From the NCBI GenBank assembly GCA_965240325.2, contig OZ251222.1, forward strand, positions 434,001-498,000: a DNA stretch of 64,000 nucleotides. Direction: 5' to 3'. Positions within the stretch are counted from its first letter, which is position 1, and each line of letters opens with the position of its first letter. The notes beneath the pieces were generated by a model. It had not been told where the DNA came from and made no database searches. It was given only the letters and a program-made list of their open reading frames with translations. Origin of the DNA: Rebecca billardiae RCC1528. Lineage: Eukaryota > Protista > Haptophyta. The translations under genes and the position numbers were made by a program. This document shows positions 8,655 to 19,900 of this stretch, piece by piece.

Positions 8655-10556
8655 ATGCGGGCGAGGAGATGGACCCGGAGGGAGTGGCGCAAGGCAGTCG
8701 TCGCTCTGGTCGTGTGCGGCCTCTGCATCTCGTTCATGCCCTTCTGGCTGCTTCTCTCGCACGTGCCGACCGAGCGTAGGACGGAGCGGCTCGCTGAGAC
8801 GCAGCCGCAGAGCTCGACGTCCTTCAGCGTGAGCAGCGCATCGGAGAGCGGCGAGGACATCGATGACATCGAGCAGTGGCTCGACGCCCACCAGGACGAC
8901 GTCGAGCGCGAGCGTCTCACGCTGCTGCGCGAGCTCGAGGGCGCAGAGGAGGTTAGCGAGCCCGAGCGCACCGTCACGACCGGCATCGTCAAGGAGCGCC
9001 GGCACGCGGAGGTGCAGCCGTCGAGGCTCGCGTGCGCGAAGCAGCACTCGCGCTATCGGATCGCGGTTGTCTCGCCATGGGTGACGAATAGTAACTCCTT
9101 TCCCCCGTGGTGCGCACTGCGGCGGCGGCGCAGGCACGCGCGGGTGCGCGCACGAGCGCGCGCCGCCCGGCTCAGTGTCCCCGCCCCCGCCTCGCCGCGC
9201 GCTCCGTCCGCCGCGCGCCGGCAGGTTCTACCCGTACTTTCTGTCCACGCTCGGCCGCTCGAGCTTCCTCGTCGACTGGCTCGTCCTGCACGAGGGCATC
9301 CGCGAGCCGCCGGCCCGGCCCGAGAACGCAAAGTTCATCGACCTCGGCCGCGGCGGGATGGCGCAGCTCGTCGCGTCGACGATCGGCGCGCACATGGGCT
9401 GGGGCGAGCGGAACGTGTCGCGCGCGAACAAGTACCTGCGCTTCGTTATGTACAAGTGGCCGCGCACCATCGCCGAGTACAAGCCGGCGTTCGGCGTGAT
9501 CTTCGCCGCGTACCTGAGCAACTACACGCACTGGGCGTTCAGCGACCTCGACACGCAGTTTGGCGCGCTGCCCAGCTTTGTCGAGCTCGCCGAGCTGCGC
9601 GATTTTGATCTGGTGTCGTACTCGTTCGGCGACCACGACGGGCTGTACCTGCGCGGGCAGTGGACGATGCACCGCAACGCCGCCGAGGTGAACCGCGTGT
9701 GGACCAGCTGCGCGCACCTCGGCACCGAGCTGATCCGTGAGCTCGCCACCAAGGTGAAGTGGATCAAGGTACACGAGTCCAAGCTCAGCGCGAACGGCAC
9801 GCACCGGCAGAACTACCGCAAGCGCTTCATCTCGGCGGAGGGGTGCTACTCGACCGCCGCCTTCGACCCGGCGCGCGGCATGCGCATCAAGATCGCGCAC
9901 AAGCAGTTCGTCGGCCTCTCGACAAAATCGTGCGCGCGCGCACGGCGTGCGCCGAGCAGCGCGCGGCGCGCGCCGCCCCACCCGCACGCGGGCGCGCGCC
10001 GGGCCGCGCGCCCTCGGCGGTCATGGCCAGCCGCACGGCCCGGGAAGTCTTTGCGGACTGCGCGCGCTGCGGCCTCACACACGCGCGTGCGCCCGCGCGT
10101 GCCCCTGCCCGCAGGCGCAACGACGTCATCGTCGTGAACAGCGCCGTGTGGCTGTGTCGCAAGGGCGCGATCGAGGTGCGCGCGCTGCTCGCCAACTCGC
10201 AGCTCGACTGTGACGACACGCTGAAGGGCGTCTTCGACGTCGTCGGCCCGCAGATCCCGCTCACGCCGCTGCGCTCGAAGGCATGCAGCAACTGGATCGC
10301 GCCCGAGTTCCGCGTGTGCGCCAACGCCAGCGTCGTGCGCTCCGGCATGAACGTGTACGTTCACTCGGGCAACTTTAGCGCAGCGGCGGCCGTGCCCAAA
10401 CCGCGCATCCTGCTGCAGAACGGCTGCCAGCAGGCGGCCCTCTTCCACTTCCAGGAGTGGAAGAAGGGATGGGGCGGCCTGAGCCTCTCGCCGTCGACGA
10501 CCCTGGACATGCGAATTTTCAAGATCAACAGCGATGGCGTGTACCGAATCAGTTGA
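8655..10556 (+). CDS. Type II membrane protein with DUF6625-like putative glycosyltransferase domain (3 exons)
   Basis: Exons 8655-9109, 9225-9929, 10115-10556; GT-AG introns restore the frame. N-terminal TM anchor; motifs RIAVVSPW..YFLSTL..VDWLV and EYKPAFGVIF..YTHWAFSDLD. Confidence 0.7.
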
Positions 10557-10727
10557 TGACGTCCCGTCGTCATCATCCCGCCACTAAAGTTCTACTACGT
10601 ACCTGATCCTGGCCAGCGGCCGGCTCATGAACTTCCGTCGGACACGTCGGACAGTGTCAGTGGCGTGCAACGTCGGCTGGCTGCGTACGAGTGACGTGCC
10701 GCTCGGCATTGAAATATGCGCGACGAA

Positions 10728-10781
10728 TATAATAATAATAATAATAATAAAGATAGCAGCGCAGTTATATATATATATATA
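10728..10781. repeat. (TAA)n and (TA)n microsatellites between convergent genes
   Basis: Directly visible. Confidence 0.85.
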
Positions 10782-11130
10782 CCACGTCGTTAATATATGG
10801 CGGGCCGTCGTAATTCCAACGGGGCCGCGGAGCTCCGTCGGTCTAACTAGTAAGTCGTAGTAACTGCCTCCCGTCCGCCTCCGACTGGCTGTCTCGAGTG
10901 CCATTGCTGACACAGACAGAACTAGCTGCCGAGTAGTCCGATCTGAAGCTTATTGAGTCATATCTTTGACTACTGCTATGTAAATGATGATCCGACTCAT
11001 ATATAGTAGTCATTGACGACATGCTGACTATATAGCAATAAATCTAGCGCGATGCCGCACTATGTCATGATGTCGCAGCGGATGCGGTTCCGACCGTTGC
11101 AGCGGCAACGACAGTGACTCACGGTAGTAG

Positions 11131-12438
11131 TCAACCCAACTCAGCACGCAGTCGCTCGGCGAGCTTTGCGGCGTGGCCCGGTTTCATGCCGAGCGCATCC
11201 GTGCGCTGGAAGTACGTCGCCGGATCTGTGGATGCCAGCCGGTGCATGAACACAAGCGACGGCCCCGAGAAGCCCGCGGCGTGCAGCGCGTGCGCATAAT
11301 CGCCCAAGTCGGCGGATCGGAGCCACGTCGATACGTCCGCCTCCGACATCTGGTGCAGCGCGGAGGAGGGAGGCGCGGTCGGCATCGAGGCGGAGAAGCG
11401 TGCGGACGACCCGTGATGGTGCGCCCCGCCCATCAACGCCGAGCCCTGAGGAGGCGCCCCGTGCCCGCGATGCGCGGCGTGCAGCGCGCCCTCCACGTGT
11501 GGCGGCAGCTCCAACGAGGCGCTCGACGCGCCGAACGGTGGGAGCTGGTAGGAGACGACGGACTGGGTGGGGACGTACTGGAGACGAGGCTGCGCGCGCT
11601 CGGAGTACGCGCTCGCTTTGGCCGCGAGCATCTTGAGCGCATCGTCCACGCGCCCGATGATGGGCGGCTCGGCCCCACCGTACATGGCAGCTGCACCGCC
11701 GTTGAGCATTCCGCTGCCGCCGCGCCCATAGTCCGCCGCGGCGCCAGAGCCGACGAAGCTCGAGGGCACGAGGGCTGTGACAGGCGGTGCCGGCTGAGCA
11801 CCGGCCTTGGCGCGCACCTCGAGACCAACCTCGCGGCGCCAGCGGACAAAGGCTCCTGTCAGCTCGAGCTGGCCAGGCTCGGACGCGACCTTGGACATGG
11901 TGTGCACGAGCTTGCTGACACCCGCCAGATGGTCGGCCTGCCTGATCTGCTCCTGCTGGTCCTTGACGATGTCTTTGAGCTTTGTGATCTTGAGCAGCAG
12001 CGTCGGATCGGCCGCTGCGGGCGTGGGTGGATTGAGGGGCGCGGCCACGCCGGCCGTGTTGCCCGCGTACACGGCAGAACTCGCGAGTGGCGTCGACGGA
12101 AGAGCCATGTGTTGGGTGGTGCCGCCGGAGAATGGTAGCGATACCGATGGGGTTACGGGCGGGTATACCGATGGGGGCCGACCGGGCGTCTCTGGCGCAT
12201 ATGGCGGCGGCACGCCCGGCGCGGTCGGCGGAGCAGGCTGACCGCACCCGTCCACCACCGCGAGTGGCGTCGACGTAGGATCCACAAACTGGGTGGCGCC
12301 GCCGGTCGTTGGAAGCGACGAGGACCAAGTTGCGGGTGGGTAGACTGATGGGGGCTGACCGGGCGTCCCGGGCGCATATGGCGCCGGCACGCCACCTGGC
12401 GCGGTCGGGGGAGCAGGTTGCCCGAACCCGTCCACCAT
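11131..12438 (-). CDS. Proline-rich protein with coiled coil and C-terminal SAM domain
   Basis: C-terminus SEADVSTWLRSADLGDYAHAL..GFSGPSL..LGMKPGHAAKL is SAM-like. N-terminal ~59-aa Pro-rich unit is duplicated. ATG at 12438. Confidence 0.7.
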   Translation of the reverse strand: MVDGFGQPAPPTAPGGVPAPYAPGTPGQPPSVYPPATWSSSLPTTGGATQFVDPTSTPLAVVDGCGQPAPPTAPGVPPPYAPETPGRPPSVYPPVTPSVSLPFSGGTTQHMALPSTPLASSAVYAGNTAGVAAPLNPPTPAAADPTLLLKITKLKDIVKDQQEQIRQADHLAGVSKLVHTMSKVASEPGQLELTGAFVRWRREVGLEVRAKAGAQPAPPVTALVPSSFVGSGAAADYGRGGSGMLNGGAAAMYGGAEPPIIGRVDDALKMLAAKASAYSERAQPRLQYVPTQSVVSYQLPPFGASSASLELPPHVEGALHAAHRGHGAPPQGSALMGGAHHHGSSARFSASMPTAPPSSALHQMSEADVSTWLRSADLGDYAHALHAAGFSGPSLVFMHRLASTDPATYFQRTDALGMKPGHAAKLAERLRAELG

Positions 12439-12644
12439 GCCTCGAGTCCTCGACGGCCAGAGTTGCTGTTTCCGAAGACGCCTGGGCTGGACCGTTCCAA
12501 GTGCCGCCGCCACCAGAGTCCTGAGCCACCAGGCCCGTGGGTCCGGGTGCGAGCACCTTGGTTTCCGTTGGCACCTTGCGTTGGGACTCTCGGAAAGCCG
12601 CTAAGCCGCGCGGGTGCGCTGGGCGCTCGAGGAGCTGCGACGCC

Positions 12645-14108
12645 ATGGAAGACGACGACTTCCAGCAGGCGGCTGCGCCGCCCGCCGCGCAGTCTAAGTC
12701 GCGCCTCAAGCTGAAGAAGAAGGACTCGAGCTCGTCGAGCCGCGCGCCAAAGCCCGCATCTGTGCACGTGCAGTCGATCGGCGGCGGCAGCAGCGGTGGC
12801 GCGGCGGGCGGGCCCCCACGCGGGCCCGGAGCCGCAGCGTCGCCTGTGGCCGCGCCCACGCAGCCAGACGCGTCGGCGACGCCGGTCGGTGCTGAGAAGC
12901 AGGTCTGCCGAGCGTCAGCCCCCGGCGCAGGCCCGTCGGCGCAGCCGCTCGCCGAGGCTGTCCAGAACACGCAGCCGGAGAGCTCGCCGTCGCAGCCCCC
13001 GGCGTCCGGCAAGCGCAAGGCGAGCGCGTCCGCGGGCGAGGGCGCAGCGTCGCAGCCCAAGGCAAAGGCTGCGCGCTCGACGCCCAAGTCCACACCGCGC
13101 AAGACCACGCCCAAAACCTCGCCGGCCTCGGCCACGCCGAAGGGCGGCAGGCTAGGCGAGCAGGACGCGCTCGGCTTGGTCGAGGCCATGGTGCTGCGCA
13201 AGAACAAGCCGATCAACGGGCAGGTGGTCTCGGACGCGCTGCTGGGCGACGGGCACAAGGTGTCCAAGCCGGCCGTGGAGAAGCACCTCGCCACGCTCGT
13301 CGAGAAGGGCAGCGTCCTGCACCACGAGTGGGGCAAGGCGAAGCTGTGGTGGGCGTGCCAAGAGCAGCTGGCACAGTCGAGCGACGGCGGCGTGGACGCC
13401 AAGCTCACGGCACTCGAGGGGCGCTTGCCCGAGATGAAGCAGCGCGCGAAGGCGGTTGCCCAGGGTGCGCGGCTGCGCGCGCGTTGCGTGCCCTGCACCC
13501 AACACGCCCTGCCTGGGAGGCGACGCCGTCGTCGCACTCACCGCCGCCCGTGCGCCCGCGCGCTCGCGCGCCCGTGCGCCCGCGCGCCCGCGCGCCGCGT
13601 CGCCGCAGCCGTGCTGGACGTGAAGAAGATGGCCACCTTCGAGCAGCTGGGCGAGCAGCTCGAGGCGGAGGAGGCGGCGTGCGCGGCGCTGAGGGAGCGC
13701 CTCGCGGAGCGGGTGCGCGCGCCCGCGCCGTACGTCGCGAGGGGCCGCGGCCTTCGCGCGAGCCGCGCGCGTCCGAGTCGCGCACTCAGCGCCACGCACG
13801 CCCCGCACGCCCCGCATGCATCACGCTGCCCGCGCGCGCTCGCGCGCTCGCAGGAGGCGGCTGCGAAAGGCGAGCTGAAGCGCTCCTTCACCGCCGCTGA
13901 GACGAAGAAGCTGCGCACTGCGCACGAGAAGCTGCGCAAGGAGTGGCAGCGGCGAAAGCTGATGCTGAAGGACAAGCTGCTCGAGTACATCGAGGCGTCG
14001 TCGAAGAAGCTGCCCGCGCTCGTCGAGGAGCTCGGCTTCGAGCTCGACGAGGACGTCGGCGTCGACGCAGCCGAGTACGGCGTCAAGTGCAAGTGGCCAC
14101 AAAAGTGA
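12645..14108 (+). CDS. HOP2: Homologous-pairing protein 2 (TBPIP/PSMC3IP), 3 exons
   Basis: Winged helix KNKPINGQVVSDAL..SKPAVEKHLATLVEKG..WGKAKLWWACQEQL and C-terminal KEWQRRKLM..EELGFELDED. Introns 13465-13608 and 13713-13853. Confidence 0.85.
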   Translation: MEDDDFQQAAAPPAAQSKSRLKLKKKDSSSSSRAPKPASVHVQSIGGGSSGGAAGGPPRGPGAAASPVAAPTQPDASATPVGAEKQVCRASAPGAGPSAQPLAEAVQNTQPESSPSQPPASGKRKASASAGEGAASQPKAKAARSTPKSTPRKTTPKTSPASATPKGGRLGEQDALGLVEAMVLRKNKPINGQVVSDALLGDGHKVSKPAVEKHLATLVEKGSVLHHEWGKAKLWWACQEQLAQSSDGGVDAKLTALEGRLPEMKQRAKAVAQGARLRARCVPCTQHALPGRRRRRRTHRRPCARALARPCARAPARRVAAAVLDVKKMATFEQLGEQLEAEEAACAALRERLAERVRAPAPYVARGRGLRASRARPSRALSATHAPHAPHASRCPRALARSQEAAAKGELKRSFTAAETKKLRTAHEKLRKEWQRRKLMLKDKLLEYIEASSKKLPALVEELGFELDEDVGVDAAEYGVKCKWPQK

Positions 14109-14400
14109 TGATGAGCAACCTGCCGAGCGCGGCGCGCCTGCGCTACTCCGGAGCCGTGCTGGTGCCCACAGTGTGAGTGATCAACAGTGAACTGATGAAC
14201 AACAACGGTGTGACGACTGAAAAGGCCTGTCAAGGCGTGATGAACACTCACGCTGCTTCGTCACCGTGCTGTCCTGGGCAGTCACTGGGAGTCGTCCGTG
14301 CCGGGCGGGAAAATTCCGCCGCCGGCGCCGAACGGCCGAATAGCCGAGCATCATTCATGACGTCAGAGCGTCACGCGCGAACGGTCAGAGCAGGCTTCCG

Positions 14401-16414
14401 ATGGCGTCCACCACGCAGGGTGCTCCGCCGGGCTCGCCCCCGGAGGAGGACGTGCCTCCGTCGCGCAGCAGGGGGCGGGTGTCGATCTCGCAGTCGCTGA
14501 ACGACCTCGCCGATGCAATCAAGAGCATCGAGAGCGTGGAGGAGCTGCTCGCTGTCGAGCGGCCGCCGCCGGCCAAGGACCCGCTGCTCTCGGCTGACGC
14601 GAGCCGTCGTGACGCGCTAGACGCGGTGGCGATCGCCATCACCACGTTCATCCTCTACTCGGCCATCTACTTCATCAAGGCCTCGCCATTTGCCGCCCAC
14701 TGGGAGGGCGAGAGCTTCTGCGGCATGCACTTCAAGTCTGCGCTCGGCCTCGCAATGTCGCTTGGCTATCTCGTCGGCAAGGGGCCTTCGCTGGCCTTCA
14801 CGCCCAAGCTCGCTCCGGAGCACCTGCTCGCGGCCGTGCTCGGGGTGGTGATCCTCTCGGGTGGGGCGCTCGTGTTCGCCGCCGTGCTGCCGCCGGGCGG
14901 CCTGGTCGTGTGCACCTTCGTCACCAGCTTCTGCCTCGCGCCCTCGTGGTCACTGATGATCCGCTTCTGCGAGGGCCGCGTGCGCACCGACGCAATCATC
15001 TCCTTCGTGAGCTTCTCGTTCATCGGCATGTCCGGCGTGGTCAAGTCGATCGGCGCGTGGCTCGTCGGGTCGTGCGGCTTCTCCGAGCGCGCGATGGTCT
15101 CCGCGTGCTCCTCCTTCGGCATCGTGGTCGGCAGCGTCGCCGCGGTGGTGCTCTTCCGCCTCCCACCGCCCTCGGTGACCGACCGCGCGCTCCGTGGCGA
15201 GCGCCGCCGGATCGCATCGATCACGAAGGAGGGGTGGATGCTCCTGCAGCGCTACGGCGTGGGGATCTGCCTCTCGACCACGGCGTACGTGCTGATCGGC
15301 ACGCTGCGCACGCTGCGCGACTACTTCCAGCCCGAGATCTTTGCGGCCGCCGGGCTGCGGCCAGAGGCGATGGCGCTGAGTGAGATGCTGATCGGCGTGT
15401 TCGTGCTGAGCGTGGTCGGCTCGTTCTCGCTCATCCTCAACTCGTGGCGCGCGTTCAACGTGGTCATCGCGACGGTCACGTGCGGCAGCCTCGCCGTGAC
15501 GCTGTGCACGCTCGGCTGGCAGCTCGGCTGGATCGGCGGCTACGTGTGGGCGATCGGGGTGGGCTCAGGCATCTTCTTTGCTTGTGCGCGCTCGGCCGCT
15601 GCGCCGCACCCGTGCGCGCGCGCCCACCCTGCGCGGCGGCTGTGCTGACGCGTCCTCGCACACCGCGCGCACCGCGCGCCGCCCCACAGACATGCCCCTC
15701 GGCTGCGTCCTCTTCGACCGCCTCCTCGCCTCCGCGCGCGAGCAGCTCACCACCTCGATGTTCTCTCTGCTCTCAGACGCGGCGGTCACGCTCGCCGTGT
15801 CGGTCGTGCTGATCGTGAAGGAGGTGGCGGCGGCGCGGGCTGGCGCGGCGGCAGGGGGCGACGCGTCCGCCGTCGTCGACCTGGGCTCCGGCGCGAACGG
15901 CACCAACGCCACCGCCCCGTCGGCCCTCGACTCGCCGATGCCGCCCGAGCACGCGGCTGCCGCCGGCGACGACATGGCCGACTTCTTTGCGAGCTCGTGC
16001 GTCGCCGTCGGCGTGACGGTCGCCGTGCTCACGCTGGCGGCGGGCGTGGCGTACAACCTCGCGATCGCGAAGGCCCGCGTCAAGCTGGCGGACAACGTCC
16101 TCGGCCCGGGGACGGCCAGCCTGCCCCCTGACGCCGCGGACAGGCTCGACGAGTCGCACGCATTCGACGTGCCGCGCATCGCCAGCAGCCTCTCCGGCCT
16201 GTTTGGTGAGCCGATGACGTCTGAGGTGCGCTCGCCTCGCGTGTCGCTCAAGTTCAACTTCCCGTCGTCGAAGGAGCAGCCGCTGCTCGACTCGGAGGCC
16301 GGTCAATACCGCGACCACGACTCGTCCGACGGCGATGATGCCGCTGGCGGTGGCGGTGCGACGACCTCTGGAGGTGCGGCGAGGCGTGCGGGGCCGGGGG
16401 CGGAGATGATGTAG
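14401..16414 (+). CDS. DUF5690-family multi-pass (MFS-like) membrane protein, 2 exons
   Basis: LGYLVGK, CEGRVRTD..SFIGMSGVVKSIG, LPPPSVTDRALRGER, LRTLRDYF. Intron 15584-15689 yields AYMPLGCVLFDRLLA. Confidence 0.75.
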
Positions 16415-16602
16415 CAGTACGGTTACAATACCAGTACGGCGAGCACGACGACTTGCTGAAGTAGTCACTATGCCACTAAGCAGCGCCTCGCGCTGCGCGT
16501 ACTACGACGATATATTATATTCGTCCGACGACGCCGGCCCGCGGATAATAATGTTGATGAAGCAGTCGTCGTTGGCGTACTCGTTTGTCATCAATGTCAT
16601 CC

Positions 16603-16605
<3 letters not shown>

Positions 16606-16633
<28 letters not shown>

Positions 16634-16698
16634 TAGAGAGAGAGAGAGAGAGAGTAGAGATCGATATACGATCGATCATATATATATATATATATATA
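16606..16698. repeat. (GA)n and (TA)n microsatellites
   Basis: Directly visible in convergent intergenic DNA. Confidence 0.9.
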
Positions 16699-16968
16699 CA
16701 ACTTATATTATTACTACCATTATTATTGACAGTGCTGTCACAATATATGACGACGGCGCGCGCGGCGCGCGCAACGTGGATCCGCGGCGGACGACGACGA
16801 TGATGAATATATATGCTGCATGATGGCAGCAGCATCAACGATGATGATGATAACGTCGTCGCGACGTTGCAGTAGTATGCTGAGCAGCGTCGTCCTCGTG
16901 TGAGCGTCGTCGGCGAGCTCCTCAATCGCCAGCCCGCCAAGCGCGCACTCGCGCGCGCTGATTCGGCT

Positions 16969-19900
16969 TTAAGCCAGGCTGCCGCCCCGCCCATTGACCA
17001 GCCAGCCCATGCAGCGGCCGGCGCCGGAGGCGAGCGCCTCGTTGATCGCGCGGCCGAGCAGGACCCCGCCGCCGAGCGCGCCGCGTGCCGCAGAGTCGGC
17101 CGCCATCGCGAGCGCCGTGAGGCACGGCTCGATGAGCGCGAGGCGCTGCGCCTCCGCAAGGCCCCAGCTGAGCATCATGCGCCGCGTCTTGGCGCGGCCG
17201 AAGCGGTTGGCGTACACGATCGCAAAGAAGGCAGACAGGCAGAGCGTACACACAGCGAGCGCCCAGCCGAGCGCCGTGCGCGCGCGCCCTCCGCGCGGCG
17301 GTGGCACGGCGCGCGCCGCGCAGCACGGCAGCCAGCGGGCGGCGCGCGCGGCGCGCCGGAGCCGCCGCCGCGCGTCCGCCTCGACGCGCCGCGTGTACCA
17401 GCCGCAGAGGGCGTCGAACGTGATGCGCCCGTCAGAGCGCGCACTCGGGTCCAAGCTGTCGGCCGCGCTCGGCCGCGCTCCGGAGTGCCGGCTTGGCGCT
17501 GCGGCCGGCGCCGGCGCCGCGCCGCCGCCGAGCTCGACGATCGCGCTGTGCGCCGCGCGGCGGTCGAAGCCCAGCTCGAGCAGGAAGCGCAGCGCGGCCG
17601 AGCTGTCCAGGCCGCCGCTGAAGAGCGGGTCGGCGAGCACGAAGCGGTAGCGCAGCAGAGAGGCGGACGCGGAGTCGAGCCCGTGCGCGTGCGGCGCGGA
17701 CAGCACGGACAGCGACTTGAGCGTGGCGTTGAGCGTTGCGTCTGTGAGGTCGGACGCGTCGGCGAGGGAGAGGGCGTCCTCGGCGCCCGTGGTGCGCCGG
17801 CTGGTGAGCTTGCTGCCGCGCACGGGGGGCGGCAGCGGCGAGAGCCCCGCCGCGCGCAGCCGCTCGGACTCTGTCGGCGCCTCGAAGCGCGAGGCTGCCG
17901 ACGGGAGGAAGCGCCCCAGGTCCAGCGGCGTGGCTCTGGTCGGGCCGAGCGCGCACGAGCCGGCGGCGAGAGCGGCGGGCTGTGCGCACGCCAGGCTGGC
18001 CGACCGGCACGCGGGCGCGCGCGGGCGGGAGCCTGCGCTGCGCGCGCGCGCGCCCGGCCGCGCGCCGACCGCCCCTGACGACGCGGCAGCCGTGCCGCCC
18101 GCAGGCAGCTGCAGGCATGAGGGGCGCGCCGGCTCGGCGTGAGGCGGCGCGTCCGCGTGCGGTGCCGGCGGACGGTCGCCTGCAGCCGACGTCGGGCGCG
18201 GCGGCGCATCGAGCGGCGGCGAGCCGGGGGGCGAGAGCGGCGGCGTGCTCGGCCGACACTCGCTGCCGGCCGCGCCGCCGCCGCCTCCGCCGGCGTGCGG
18301 CGGCCTTGGCTTGGACTTTGCGCGGCGCTCCGGCTGGAGCGGCGAGGCGGCGGAGCGCGGCGAGGGCCAGGCGCGCGCCGTGCCGGCCGTGGAGATGGAG
18401 AGCGCGGAGCACGGGCCGACGGACGGGCTCCCCCGCGAGCGCAGCGCGGAGAAGGGCCCCGTGCTGCTGCCCGGTGCCGGACTGCAGCTGCAGCTGGGCG
18501 TGCTGCCCAGCGAGAGACCAAAGCTCAGCCGCAGAACGCGCCCGCACAGCCTGACGCCCCTGGCGGCGGCGGCGGCTTCGGCGGCGCCATCGGCGCCGCC
18601 CTCCGCGCCGCCGCCCTCCGCGCCCCACCACGCGTCGCTCGCGCAGGCCAGAGGAGGCGCGTCGCGGAGGACGAGCGTACGCTCAGGCGAGAGCTGCGCC
18701 GTGCCCGGTGACACGGGCAGCGGTGGGCGCGCGCGCGCGCGCGCGCAGCGCAGTTGCGTGGCCGGCGAGTGCGCGGGGCTCTGCCCGCGGTCGCTCGCGC
18801 CGCCGCGCTGCGTGGCGCCCGCGCTGTGCTCGGAGTCGGGCGCGTCCGCCAGGTACGCTGCGGAGCGGCGCTGCGCGCGGCCGGCGCAGCCGACGGCGCC
18901 GTTGGCCACGCAGCTGAGCGGAGCCTCACGGCTGCGCGCGCGCGCGAGCGGCGACGGCGCGTGCACGCGCGTCGTCGCGCCGAAGGGCGGCGGCGGCGGG
19001 CGGCGCGGTGCGCACGCGCGCGGCGGGTCCGCCGCGGGGCACACACGCCCGACGGCCTCCACGCGCGGCGAGCCTGCGGGCGGCTGCGCCGAGGGCGCGC
19101 GCCGCGGCGGCTGCGCGCGCAAAAGGCGCGCAACCCGCCGCGCGCCGAGCGCGGCGCCGCTGCGTCCTGTGCGCGCCGTGTGCTCGCGCAGGGCCTGCTC
19201 GGTGAGCAGCTGCGCCACGGCCGGCGCGCGCGCGCCTGCGGTGCCCGCGGCCCACGGCTGTGCTGTGCCGCAGCCTGGCAGCACCGCGGCAGCGGAGGCC
19301 TCGGGCAGGCACAACTCGGCGCCAAGGCGAGTGCCGCCAGGGGCGCTGCCGTCGTCGGACGAGGCCGCGAGCCCTCTCCGGGTGCCCGCGCCAGCGCCGC
19401 CGACGAAGCGCGCGGGCGCGCTCAAGCGCGCGAGGCGCGTTGCAGAGGGCTGCGGGCCGCCGCCGCCACCGGTGGCCAGCACCGGCTCCTGTGACCAGCA
19501 GGGGGGCGGCGGGGCCGGTGCAGATGGCGCAGCCAGAAGCGCTCCGGCGCGCGCGCTCCGCGTGGCGAGGCCGGCACAGAGCGCGGCGCCGTCCCGCGCT
19601 GCGCCGACCCCGTCGGCCCCGTCGGCGAAGCGCTCGCCGCCATCTAGGGAGCCGCCGTCCCTCGGTCGGTCCTTCGAGCCGTCCGGACTCGGAGAGTCCG
19701 GAGGGGTGCTCCCTTCGAGCGAGATGGCGAGCCGAGGCGGCTGCGGCGGCGGTGCGCGGCCGCGCGCCGCCGTCGTCTGAGCGCGCGCGCCTCCGCGCGG
19801 CTCGGTGTGCGTGGGCACCACGCGCTCGTCGGCCATGCTGGACGCCGTGCGTGCGCCCAGTCTGGGCAAGCGCGCGCCGCCGCACGCGCAGAGCACGCGC

